58,108 bases of DNA from a virus: positions 1-58,108 of the IMG/VR virus record IMGVR_UViG_3300014961_000001. One strand, 5' to 3'. Of this stretch, positions 27,376-35,262 are shown piece by piece (position 1 is the stretch's first letter; each line of letters begins with the position of its first letter). A program made the position numbers and the translations under genes. Under the pieces are notes generated by a model, which searched no databases, had not been told where the DNA came from, and saw only the letters and a program-made list of their open reading frames with translations.

Positions 27376-28463
27376 TAGGTTAAATCCTCTATTTTGGGTA
27401 ATAAAACAGTAGTGGTTGTGTTCTTGTCCTCTTGTCTAACAAAAACAGCCTTGTTGAGTATTGATTTTCGCAAGCCTAGACTGTCTGCGTGAGAAGCATG
27501 TGCAAGCCAAGAGTTAATGGATGCCTGGATGCGCTTTGCCTCAATCCTGCCCTCGTTGTACTGTTTCTTCATAAACCTTATTTTTCGGTAAATTCTAGAA
27601 ATTGAGCTTTTTCTTACACGTCGATGAGTGGGCCACATTTGATAGCCAAGGAAATCCAATGCTCGTCCGTTCTTGACGGACACTGGAAATATTTGTGTTT
27701 TTGCATTGGTTTGGAGCTTTAGCTTCTCAAATAGGAATCGCTCTACATCAATGCGTAAATGACGCAAGTGATCCTTGTTGTGATGAAAGATACAGAAGTC
27801 ATCCATATATCTCAGATAGTGCTTCTCACATAGTCGGTATTTGACATACTCATCCAGCTCATGCAGATATATGTTTGCAAATAGCTGTGATGTTAGGTTG
27901 CCGATAGGTATTCCAACACCGCCACCGGATGATTCTATGATGTCGTCAATCAGGGTAAGGAGTTGTTTGCATGATATTTTCTTTCTGATCAGGCTTTTCA
28001 TGATCTCATGATCAATACTGTAGAAGAATTTGGATATATCTGCCTTGAATGCGTATAAAACGCCATGGTTTCTTAGTACCTTTTGCATCATGCGTTGTGC
28101 TTGATCTGCGCCAACATGCGTACCTTTATTAACTCGGCAAGCATAGCTGTCGTCAATAAATCGTTTTTCCCAGATGGGTTCAATAACCAGCAAAATAGCG
28201 TGCTGTACGACCCTATCCCGAAATGGAAGTGCTGCAACATCGCGCTCTTTAGGTTCGTATACTTTGAAAATTCGATACTCACCTGTCTTGTACGTTCCCC
28301 AGATCAATTCGTTCTGTAATTGAATCAGGTTTTCTTCCAGATTTAATTCAAACTTTAAGACTTCACGCCGATCACGCTTGCCGCGCCGGGCCTTCAAATA
28401 TGCGTTATACAAATTTTCAAAGTCGTAAATCTGACTAAACAGATTGTTGTATGTAATTGCCAT
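27375..28463 (-). CDS. DGR-type reverse transcriptase (362 aa)
   Basis: RT motifs FRDRVVQHA, FKADISKFFYSIDH, IPIGNLTSQLFANIYL (the IGxxxSQ signature of DGR RTs) and RYMDDFCIF (YxDD). TR lies immediately upstream. Confidence 0.9.
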   Translation of the reverse strand: MAITYNNLFSQIYDFENLYNAYLKARRGKRDRREVLKFELNLEENLIQLQNELIWGTYKTGEYRIFKVYEPKERDVAALPFRDRVVQHAILLVIEPIWEKRFIDDSYACRVNKGTHVGADQAQRMMQKVLRNHGVLYAFKADISKFFYSIDHEIMKSLIRKKISCKQLLTLIDDIIESSGGGVGIPIGNLTSQLFANIYLHELDEYVKYRLCEKHYLRYMDDFCIFHHNKDHLRHLRIDVERFLFEKLKLQTNAKTQIFPVSVKNGRALDFLGYQMWPTHRRVRKSSISRIYRKIRFMKKQYNEGRIEAKRIQASINSWLAHASHADSLGLRKSILNKAVFVRQEDKNTTTTVLLPKIEDLT

Positions 28464-28619
28464 GTATATCTCAAAATAAAAGCGGCATAAGTTTTCGCAA
28501 ATTGCTACTCAGCTATGCCGCCTGTTTAGTTTTTTAGATTTTCATCTAAGGAGTGTGCATCCTTTTAAAGTGTTCTGTCCTAATCCCCATTAGGGATTAA
28601 GCTTCTGACACGCTCTAAG

Positions 28620-28731
28620 AGCTGGACGCGCCCCGATATTCGTATTCGTGTTCGAACGAGCGTTATTCAAGTTCAAGGCGAACACGCCAGCATTGGCTGC
28701 GTTGTTCCAACTGCCGCCACGGATGGGAAGG
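28620..28731 (-). repeat. DGR template repeat (TR)
   Basis: A 112-bp match to VR at constant offset +564. In frame it encodes an AAC/AAT-rich stretch: LPIRGGSWNNAANAGVFALNLNNARSNTNTNIGARPA. Confidence 0.9.
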
Positions 28732-28754
28732 GACCGTCGTTGTAACGCACACCC

Positions 28755-29099
28755 CTATTTGCCTACGGCAAATACTTTGATCCAGCCGCCTACCATGCGG
28801 CCAATCTCATTGTTCAGTCTGGACCAGTGTTCATACTTCTTAAAATCAAGATAGCCTAATTCTTTTGAAATTCGAACCTGAGCGCGTAATAGGTCTAGCT
28901 CTGCGTCTAACTCTTGTAGTGTGGTTTTTTTGTGGTAGCGCTTATTACAAACAACAATCAACCTCAATATCCCCCACATGACCTGCCTCATTTCTGCTGC
29001 AAGCACATGCTTTTCAAATTTTGGAAATTGACGTAATGCGATATAGCCATAGGCAATCATTTCTTCGCATTTTTGTCTGATTAATAAATCACTAGACAC
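28755..29099 (-). CDS. avd: Accessory variability determinant (Avd), 114 aa
   Basis: Small basic helical protein between the target gene and TR. The C-terminal EIGRMVGGWIK resembles Bordetella phage Avd EVGRILGSWI. GTG start. Confidence 0.8.
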   Translation of the reverse strand: MSSDLLIRQKCEEMIAYGYIALRQFPKFEKHVLAAEMRQVMWGILRLIVVCNKRYHKKTTLQELDAELDLLRAQVRISKELGYLDFKKYEHWSRLNNEIGRMVGGWIKVFAVGK

Positions 29100-29128
29100 A
29101 ATAAATCTCTACAAAACAAAATTAAGAA

Positions 29129-29146
29129 CGTGCGCTATCGCGCACG
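29129..29146 (-). promoter_or_regulatory. GC-rich hairpin or cruciform downstream of VR (7-bp stem, 4-nt loop)
   Basis: cgtgcgc-tatc-gcgcacg, 23 nt past the target-gene stop codon. The position is analogous to the homing-enhancing hairpin of BPP-1-type DGRs. Confidence 0.6.
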
Positions 29147-29168
29147 CATACAGATAACACAAGACAGA

Positions 29169-30554
29169 TTACAGATTAACGAAAGCTGGACGCGCCCCGA
29201 GATACGTACCCGAGCTCGAACGAGCGTTACTCAAGTACAAGGCGAACACGCCAGCACCGGCTGCGCTGTTCCAACCGCCGCCACGGATGGGAAGGCGCTC
29301 ATCAGTCATTGCTTTGAAGAAGTAATCACCGTTATATGAAGCGGTATTTTCAGTATGCGGATATAAACACAATGCTTTCAGTCGAGCTAAAGCTGCCGCA
29401 GTCACAGGCTTGGTTGTTGACAGGTTTCGGATACCGCCAAAATTAGACCCATTAATTGTGTAGTCTGCTGTGCCGCCATCAGCATACTTGATTGTGCCTG
29501 CCGTGGTTCCGCTGCCGTCCGGTGTGACCAGGTTGCCAGTTTCACCATTAATCGCTTTCCATTCAGTAGAAGCCGCACCAAGATCAATCGCTAGTTTTGA
29601 CGCATTATTGTCTGCAATAACCTGGATTTCACCGTTAAAAATACGCATTCCAGAATTCCATTCCCATACATTACCGGATAAATCAGCAATGCCGTTTTCT
29701 TTACCGTTGTGTCGCCACTCAACTGGGCTAGATCCAGTTAATGTGCGTGCTGACCCAGATGTATCACCCGGATTTAAGCCGTCCGCCCTGCGACCGATCA
29801 GCAATGGATTTTCTGAGCTTCGGCCATAGTATGTATTACCCATTGGCTGTTTATTATCTTTGTAGCATTGCAAGGCCACGGCGCTCCATTCAGCATTTGT
29901 GATCAAGTGATGACCATTGCCACACGCTCGTGCTGCTGCAAGAAAGTTTGTGTAGTTGGTGCTGTGCGTTGGTTCTACGTTTGGCAGACTGAGCAACTCA
30001 CCATTAACGATTCGACCCTGGTATGTCCCAATGAAGATTTCAGGCTTTTCCACACCGTCCACAATAAATGCCGGGTGTGTACCACTTAATGAAGCATCAA
30101 TCGTACTCATATCGTACTTTTGAATGATGTTCATGTAGGTGGGCTGGCCTTTAGCCGTGTATAAAACTGTCTGCAATCCACCGCTTGCTACCTCTACCGA
30201 TTGACGCAATGAGTCTTTGATCAGGATTGTTAATCCATTGGATGAGTTGGCAATTGCTGCCGCTTGTAGGGTACTGACTGGTTTATCGGTGTCAGATGTG
30301 TTGTTTACACTACCTAATCCAAGGTTTGATCGTGCCGTAGCTGCTGTGGTGGCACCCGTACCACCATTCGCAACAGGCAGGCCGGAAGCTGGCAAGACAG
30401 CGCCTTCTGCCCCACTATTCGCGCTATTTAAGACAGCACCCATTGCCTTATAGAGTTCAGTAAAGTTTGCATCCCACTTGGTGTTTGCGGATCTGTTTGT
30501 GTCACCGCCAACGCCCGAAGGAGCTATACCTGGTTTGAAGCTTTGTCTAGCCAT
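29169..30554 (-). CDS. DGR target protein: tail-fibre or receptor-binding protein with C-terminal C-type-lectin/FGE-sulfatase-like variable domain (461 aa from ATG 30554)
   Basis: N-terminal fibre motifs GGTGATTAATARSNLGLG and NTSDTDKPVS. C-terminal GNVWEWNSG and RGGGWNSAAGAGVFALYLSNARSSSGTYLGARPAF, ending 5 codons before the stop. The track start at 30581 is a TTG inside the terminator T-tract. Confidence 0.85.
   Translation of the reverse strand: MARQSFKPGIAPSGVGGDTNRSANTKWDANFTELYKAMGAVLNSANSGAEGAVLPASGLPVANGGTGATTAATARSNLGLGSVNNTSDTDKPVSTLQAAAIANSSNGLTILIKDSLRQSVEVASGGLQTVLYTAKGQPTYMNIIQKYDMSTIDASLSGTHPAFIVDGVEKPEIFIGTYQGRIVNGELLSLPNVEPTHSTNYTNFLAAARACGNGHHLITNAEWSAVALQCYKDNKQPMGNTYYGRSSENPLLIGRRADGLNPGDTSGSARTLTGSSPVEWRHNGKENGIADLSGNVWEWNSGMRIFNGEIQVIADNNASKLAIDLGAASTEWKAINGETGNLVTPDGSGTTAGTIKYADGGTADYTINGSNFGGIRNLSTTKPVTAAALARLKALCLYPHTENTASYNGDYFFKAMTDERLPIRGGGWNSAAGAGVFALYLSNARSSSGTYLGARPAFVNL
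29184..29295 (-). repeat. DGR variable repeat (VR)
   Basis: It differs from TR at 12 positions, all TR adenines on the coding strand. Its 3' end carries the GC-rich GGGGCGCGTCCAGC shared with TR (IMH-like), after which the two sequences diverge. Confidence 0.9.
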
Positions 30555-30565
30555 TTCTTTATCCC

Positions 30566-30591
30566 AAAAAAAAGCAGCCAATTAAGGCCGC
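30566..30591 (-). terminator. Intrinsic terminator or attenuator just upstream of the DGR target gene
   Basis: Minus strand: gcggcc-ttaatt-ggctgc (one G-U pair) followed by eight T residues. Confidence 0.6.
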
Positions 30592-30611
30592 TTATGTTGA
30601 TTCGTTACTGG

Positions 30612-31184
30612 TTAAATATACTGGGGACGTACACGCCCTGTTGCTTTTGAAAGGTTTAAGCCCTCATCACGCTGACGTTTTGCTTTGATAATTCCCTGCT
30701 CATACATTTGCATGTGAGCGCCGGCGGCGTTTGGTTGCGACCACTCCCTAAATGGTTGCATTTGTAGATAACCTACAGCTCCAGAAACTAAGTAATCCGC
30801 AAAATACTCTGCGATATAATCTGGAAATTCATTACTTTGGCTACTTGGCATTAATGATATGAGTGGCTTGATCTGCTTAGACGGCGTTTTATCATTAAAA
30901 TTAAGTAGGTTTGGGTATCCTAAATAGTAATCCGTAGATACTTGATAACGGCCTTTACGACCATCAATACCCCAGATATGAATCGCCACACTCTGCTCCG
31001 GGATCTGCATTGCATAACTGAGTGTGTCTATTTCGCCTTGAATCTCAGGAACATCATGTACCCAGCTTTTAGTTTCTTGGCAAAAATCACGAACGATATG
31101 ACGCAATGCGTCCATGATTGCCTGTTCCGGACATGGCGAAACATGAATCGCCACACGTGAACTTAAATCCTCATGCTTCGCCAT
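30612..31184 (-). CDS. Virion structural protein (190 aa), head-tail or tail candidate
   Basis: ORF in the structural operon. No motif was recognised. Confidence 0.5.
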   Translation of the reverse strand: MAKHEDLSSRVAIHVSPCPEQAIMDALRHIVRDFCQETKSWVHDVPEIQGEIDTLSYAMQIPEQSVAIHIWGIDGRKGRYQVSTDYYLGYPNLLNFNDKTPSKQIKPLISLMPSSQSNEFPDYIAEYFADYLVSGAVGYLQMQPFREWSQPNAAGAHMQMYEQGIIKAKRQRDEGLNLSKATGRVRPQYI

Positions 31185-31188
31185 TCAA

Positions 31189-31851
31189 TTATCCTCCCAC
31201 ACCGGTTGCGCGGTTGGTTTCTGTGATTGGTGCTGCAAATCGATCAACGGCTGGCTTGGCACCCAATAGCGACATACCAGTATTGTAATGCTGCATACCT
31301 TGGCCTTGGCCGCCTTCACCTGATAGTAGTTTGTACAAGATAAATTCTTGTAGTGGCTGCATATAAACCGTATCCACCGGCAACATTTCATCAAGTGTAA
31401 GGATTTGTGCTGGCTGTGATGAGTATTCAATATCCAGCTTTACCCCGGCATTTACTGGTGGGTAGACATAAAACCATTTAGGACTACGTTCATCGAACAT
31501 ATATTCCTTGGCGGTGTCTGTTGGTGGCTGTGAGTGCCAGTCCGGTGCAATAGAATCCAGATCCGAAATGTTTACCAGTCGGACGGCGCGACCCATTGCG
31601 CCATCAACTTTCAGGTTTCGGACTACCTTCAATAGTCTTAGGCCGTCTGCTGGTAGCTCTTGGCGTGTGCCTTGCTCACAGACAAATTCAAAAGTTTTCG
31701 CCGTTGCATCTGGACGTACCAGTGAAAGCATGGACAAGGCTTGATTCAGTGCTGAAATAAGCAATGGATCTGACCAGGTGATTTTCTCAATATCGTTTAA
31801 CTGTGTTGCCCTTACGCCGTCAATTAAGACTTGGCATGTGATCTGCGACAT
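31189..31851 (-). CDS. Virion structural protein (220 aa), connector or adaptor candidate
   Basis: ORF in the structural operon, tightly packed with its neighbours. Confidence 0.5.
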   Translation of the reverse strand: MSQITCQVLIDGVRATQLNDIEKITWSDPLLISALNQALSMLSLVRPDATAKTFEFVCEQGTRQELPADGLRLLKVVRNLKVDGAMGRAVRLVNISDLDSIAPDWHSQPPTDTAKEYMFDERSPKWFYVYPPVNAGVKLDIEYSSQPAQILTLDEMLPVDTVYMQPLQEFILYKLLSGEGGQGQGMQHYNTGMSLLGAKPAVDRFAAPITETNRATGVGG

Positions 31852-31863
31852 AGATTATCCCTC

Positions 31864-32442
31864 TTATGCGCTTTCGCTTGCTGCAAGCTCGGCTTTGATA
31901 CACTCAACAAGGATCATGCGAACAATCTCTACAGCCGTTGTAGTGCTGTAATCAAATTCAAGACCATACTGTGTGGTTGCCATGTCTGCTAAGTTTTGTT
32001 TTTGTGTGACTTTGATTTTTAGGATCGTTTCAGCAAATTGTCCTAACCAGTCATTACTTACATCATCAGGATTAACCGATAGCAGGTCGTAAAAGTTATT
32101 ACGCGAATCGTAGTCATCATCTTCCGATGGTTTGCTTAAGCTATAAACTGGCTGATATTCACCATCAGGATCAAATTCACGATAGCACTCACTAATGCTA
32201 AGGAATCGACCATAGTGATCATCATCTGAAACATTGCAGACGTGTGGTGATTCTGGATCTGTGGCATCTATTGGGCGAAAGTGATACTTGACCTTCTTTT
32301 TGTTGTGGAAGCCAAATTCAACAATAGTTCCACCCTCTCGCTTCAACATACATTCAACGATGTCGTCTGCTGTAAGGTCTAGTGGGTTTCTTACGATTGA
32401 AGATCCGGCCAAGGTTGGTGTTGATTGCGCTGCTTTAGTCAT
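31864..32442 (-). CDS. Virion-module protein (192 aa)
   Basis: ORF following the decoration-like gene. Confidence 0.5.
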   Translation of the reverse strand: MTKAAQSTPTLAGSSIVRNPLDLTADDIVECMLKREGGTIVEFGFHNKKKVKYHFRPIDATDPESPHVCNVSDDDHYGRFLSISECYREFDPDGEYQPVYSLSKPSEDDDYDSRNNFYDLLSVNPDDVSNDWLGQFAETILKIKVTQKQNLADMATTQYGLEFDYSTTTAVEIVRMILVECIKAELAASESA

Positions 32443-32509
32443 GATAGTTATCCCAAATCAATTATAAAAATGTATTGAGGTGTAGGGGTTTCCCCCTACA
32501 TTCGATTGA

Positions 32510-32962
32510 TTAGTACGCTACTTGGCGGTAGCGATAGCTCACAGTTACACCAACTTCTTTGCCAGCTATAACAGATCCGCCAGCCGTAACTTCTGCCACC
32601 AGATACGAGTTTTTATTACTTCCCTTGAGGCGCACCGCATCCTTGGTTAGTGGTGCTGCGATTGCGCCACCAGCGGTAGCAAGGCTAACACCAGAAGAAA
32701 GGACAAGCTTTGCATCACCAGCCCCTAACCCTTCCGCCTGTACTAGGTTTACAGAAAGGCCAGTGATGCCGTCTGAGTCTGCTGTGATACCTTGCACCGT
32801 GTAACCGGCAGGAAGTACACCAAGTACAAATTTATCGCCAATAGCGATGGTTGCTGCAACAGGAAAAACAACGGCGCAACGATGCGACATCACCATGCCG
32901 CCATGTGAGTTTGTTGGTAGGTTGCTTAAACCTTCATGTGAATCTGAATTAAATTGAGCCAT
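32510..32962 (-). CDS. Head decoration or cement protein candidate (150 aa, beta-rich)
   Basis: It lies immediately downstream of the capsid gene. The Gly/Ala/Val-rich beta-type sequence resembles DUF2190-like proteins, judged from memory. Confidence 0.5.
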   Translation of the reverse strand: MAQFNSDSHEGLSNLPTNSHGGMVMSHRCAVVFPVAATIAIGDKFVLGVLPAGYTVQGITADSDGITGLSVNLVQAEGLGAGDAKLVLSSGVSLATAGGAIAAPLTKDAVRLKGSNKNSYLVAEVTAGGSVIAGKEVGVTVSYRYRQVAY

Positions 32963-32984
32963 GCTTGACTACTCCAAAAATGAA

Positions 32985-33025
32985 TATGAAAAAGCCAACT
33001 ATTCGGAAATCCCAAATAGTTGGCT
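32985..33025 (-). terminator. Intrinsic terminator after the major capsid gene
   Basis: An 11-bp stem agccaactatt/aatagttggct followed on the minus strand by tttttcat. Confidence 0.7.
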
Positions 33026-33031
33026 TGCGGC

Positions 33032-34180
33032 TTATGCCGGTTTAGTTGCTGCTGTATCCACGGCGTAAGAGTTCACGTCTTGGTCGTTGAAGCGTGGGCG
33101 TTTGGCATTAAACATCATACGGCCAGAAATAGCCTGTTTGTTGTCATCCACGTCTGTCTTTTTCTCAGTCCAGTCTGCGCGAAGGTTCGCGCTTGACGCA
33201 TTACCGAATGCCATAACAAGCGCTTGGCGACCAAGGAAGTTTGCACGTGCTGTTTCTACGTTACCAGCTGCGCCGTATGTATTATCAAGTACAACGTGCT
33301 TGTGCTTTTTGAAGTGTACGCCACGGTAATTACCTAAGTTTTGCTTGAAGATTGGAGATTTCAAGCCTTCTGCACCAGCCGCCGCCTTCTGAATATCTAA
33401 CCAGCCAGAAGTACCGGTATCGGAACGCAAATCATGCTCTTGGTATGGGTGTAAAAGCATGATGTAGGCATCTTCACCATTTTTGTCTAGCGGCGTTAAG
33501 CGTACTTTACGATCAGCGTCACCGCCTTCGGTAGTGGCTTTAACGATCAGCTTATCAATCAAGCCAAGTGTCATCTTGTCTTGCGCCGTCATGGATGCTT
33601 TAGATACCGCTGCACCAGCATAAACAGTATGGTCTGCATCATAGTCTTCAAACGTGTGCGTATCTTTGATCGCATAGTCCACATTCTTAGCCAAAACAAA
33701 CGGGTTGGTACCACGTTTACCGGCCAAGTTTGTGAAGCAGGTCTGGTCGACCAGCTGAGCGAACCATTCAGTAAGTTTCTGGCGTGCAACGGCGCGTTGG
33801 TCGTTTACGGTACGCTTGTTGGTCATACGTCCACCAACGTCTACACCCTTACGCACCTGGTTAATGGTGATTTCGTCTTGGTAAGCATCAAGCGATTCCA
33901 AGTTACCTTCAAGGTTGTCATCACCAAAAGTTGCACGACCTGTTAGCTGCATGTAAATATCGAAAGATACAGTGTCGCCTTCTGACTTGGTTAAGTCATT
34001 CATCACCACGATTGGCGCATTCGCCATTTCAGCACCCTTATCGGTACGGTGTGCTGATTCGATCAAGTTCTTCATTACCCAAGATTTTTCAATCGTGGAG
34101 TTGAACATTGCGCCGCCAAAATGCTTCTTAGCAAGTGGTGAACCGAACGGAATGTTGTTTGCTTTTACTGCTGCACCCAT
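33032..34180 (-). CDS. Major capsid protein (382 aa)
   Basis: It sits between the scaffold and decoration genes, has a typical size, and is followed by a strong terminator, as is common for highly expressed capsid genes. Confidence 0.65.
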   Translation of the reverse strand: MGAAVKANNIPFGSPLAKKHFGGAMFNSTIEKSWVMKNLIESAHRTDKGAEMANAPIVVMNDLTKSEGDTVSFDIYMQLTGRATFGDDNLEGNLESLDAYQDEITINQVRKGVDVGGRMTNKRTVNDQRAVARQKLTEWFAQLVDQTCFTNLAGKRGTNPFVLAKNVDYAIKDTHTFEDYDADHTVYAGAAVSKASMTAQDKMTLGLIDKLIVKATTEGGDADRKVRLTPLDKNGEDAYIMLLHPYQEHDLRSDTGTSGWLDIQKAAAGAEGLKSPIFKQNLGNYRGVHFKKHKHVVLDNTYGAAGNVETARANFLGRQALVMAFGNASSANLRADWTEKKTDVDDNKQAISGRMMFNAKRPRFNDQDVNSYAVDTAATKPA

Positions 34181-34216
34181 GGTGGTTGCTCCTGATTATG
34201 AAAAGTTAAAAATGGT

Positions 34217-35194
34217 TTAGCCGAAGAAATAGGCATCATTTTGTTCTGGCGTTAATTTGGATAGGGCTTGCTCGTATGCAACGCCGGATAGCTTGCGGAT
34301 ATATGCGAACGGATCATCTGCCGGCATTTCCTGAGCATTCATCTGTGACAATGACGCTGGAATATCGGCTTTTTGTGTTGGTTTAGGTGGCTTAGCCTTG
34401 GTCGCTTGTGGTGCGTACTCGGTTTTGCTGAGTTCTGGCACACGGAAGGACAATTGATTGCGTACTGACTGCAATACTTGCTGATTACTCAGTCCTTCAA
34501 ACACACCAGACTGACCCATTGATTGAAGCAAGGCATCAAACTGTTCTGCTACGTGCTGGTTATTCGCAATAACAGCGTTTGCTGGATCTTCTAGGAATCC
34601 AACAAGCTCATTACGCCATGCGTTACGGCGTGTTTCCTGATAAGCATGTGTCTGATTGTTGGCTTCATTTTCTAGTGCTTCATGAGCCTGCTCGACTTTA
34701 TCTAGCACCTTCTCATGACGGCGCAATTCACGTTCAAGCTCAAATGAAAGCGTCTTATATCGACCTTCACCAATTTCGCCGTCATCGTATTTTTCACCAA
34801 GCTCTTTGATCTTGTTTATCGTGTCGTCAATGTTGCCCTGGGCTTCTTGTACGCGCTGTGTGCTTTCTTCCAGCTGCTCATCGAAGTCTGGGGCTGGCTC
34901 CGGTTCAATTTCCAGCTCCGGTGTAGGCTCTGGATCTGGCTCCGGTTCTGGTTCAGGCTTTGGAGTTGGTTCCGGTTCGGGCTGTTTTTTTGTATCTGGC
35001 TCTAGTAGATCGTCAATCAAATCGTCATCGATATCCAAATCTTCACCAGGAACAATAACGGTTTCTTCTTCTGCTGGAGCCGGTGTCAATTCATCTGAAT
35101 CATCATTAAGCTCATTCAGTTTCGCCAGCTCTGCCAGTTCTTCTTCTGAATATTCAAATTCATTTAATGTATCGTCATCATTTACGTCTGACAT
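34217..35194 (-). CDS. Scaffolding protein (325 aa, highly acidic, PEPEP repeats, coiled coil)
   Basis: Its position between portal and capsid, its extreme Asp/Glu content and its helical C-terminal half. Confidence 0.65.
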   Translation of the reverse strand: MSDVNDDDTLNEFEYSEEELAELAKLNELNDDSDELTPAPAEEETVIVPGEDLDIDDDLIDDLLEPDTKKQPEPEPTPKPEPEPEPDPEPTPELEIEPEPAPDFDEQLEESTQRVQEAQGNIDDTINKIKELGEKYDDGEIGEGRYKTLSFELERELRRHEKVLDKVEQAHEALENEANNQTHAYQETRRNAWRNELVGFLEDPANAVIANNQHVAEQFDALLQSMGQSGVFEGLSNQQVLQSVRNQLSFRVPELSKTEYAPQATKAKPPKPTQKADIPASLSQMNAQEMPADDPFAYIRKLSGVAYEQALSKLTPEQNDAYFFG

Positions 35195-35220
35195 TGGGTT
35201 GCTCCATTTTGTTTAGGCAA

Positions 35221-35245
35221 TAAAAAAGCACCCGGTTGGGTGCTT
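35221..35245 (-). terminator. Intrinsic terminator after the portal gene
   Basis: Minus strand: agcaccc-aacc-gggtgct followed by ttttttatt. Confidence 0.7.
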
Positions 35246-35262
35246 GTTAGATTTCTAATTTT

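Larger units (their letters stand above)
26932..30554 (-). mobile_element. Diversity-generating retroelement cassette (target with VR, avd, TR, RT, coupled ORF)
   Basis: See the component features. The TR/VR mismatch pattern is adenine-specific. Confidence 0.9.

Noticed and set aside
27375-28463. Reverse transcriptase as a retron, group II intron or Abi-type defence RT
   Set aside because: It has the IGxxxSQ DGR signature, an adjacent Avd, and a TR/VR pair with strictly adenine-specific differences. No intron RNA domains, maturase or endonuclease regions, or msr/msd-like inverted repeats were seen.
28648-29339. Plus-strand ORFs 28648-28854 and 29130-29339 with similar translations
   Set aside because: They are antisense readings of TR and VR. 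Their similarity simply reflects the TR/VR repeat. The real genes here, avd and the target gene, are on the minus strand.
30555-30581. Track start (TTG at 30581) of the DGR target ORF
   Set aside because: The TTG and the following codons (AAFFW) lie within the U-tract and hairpin of the upstream terminator. The ATG at 30554 is the more plausible start.
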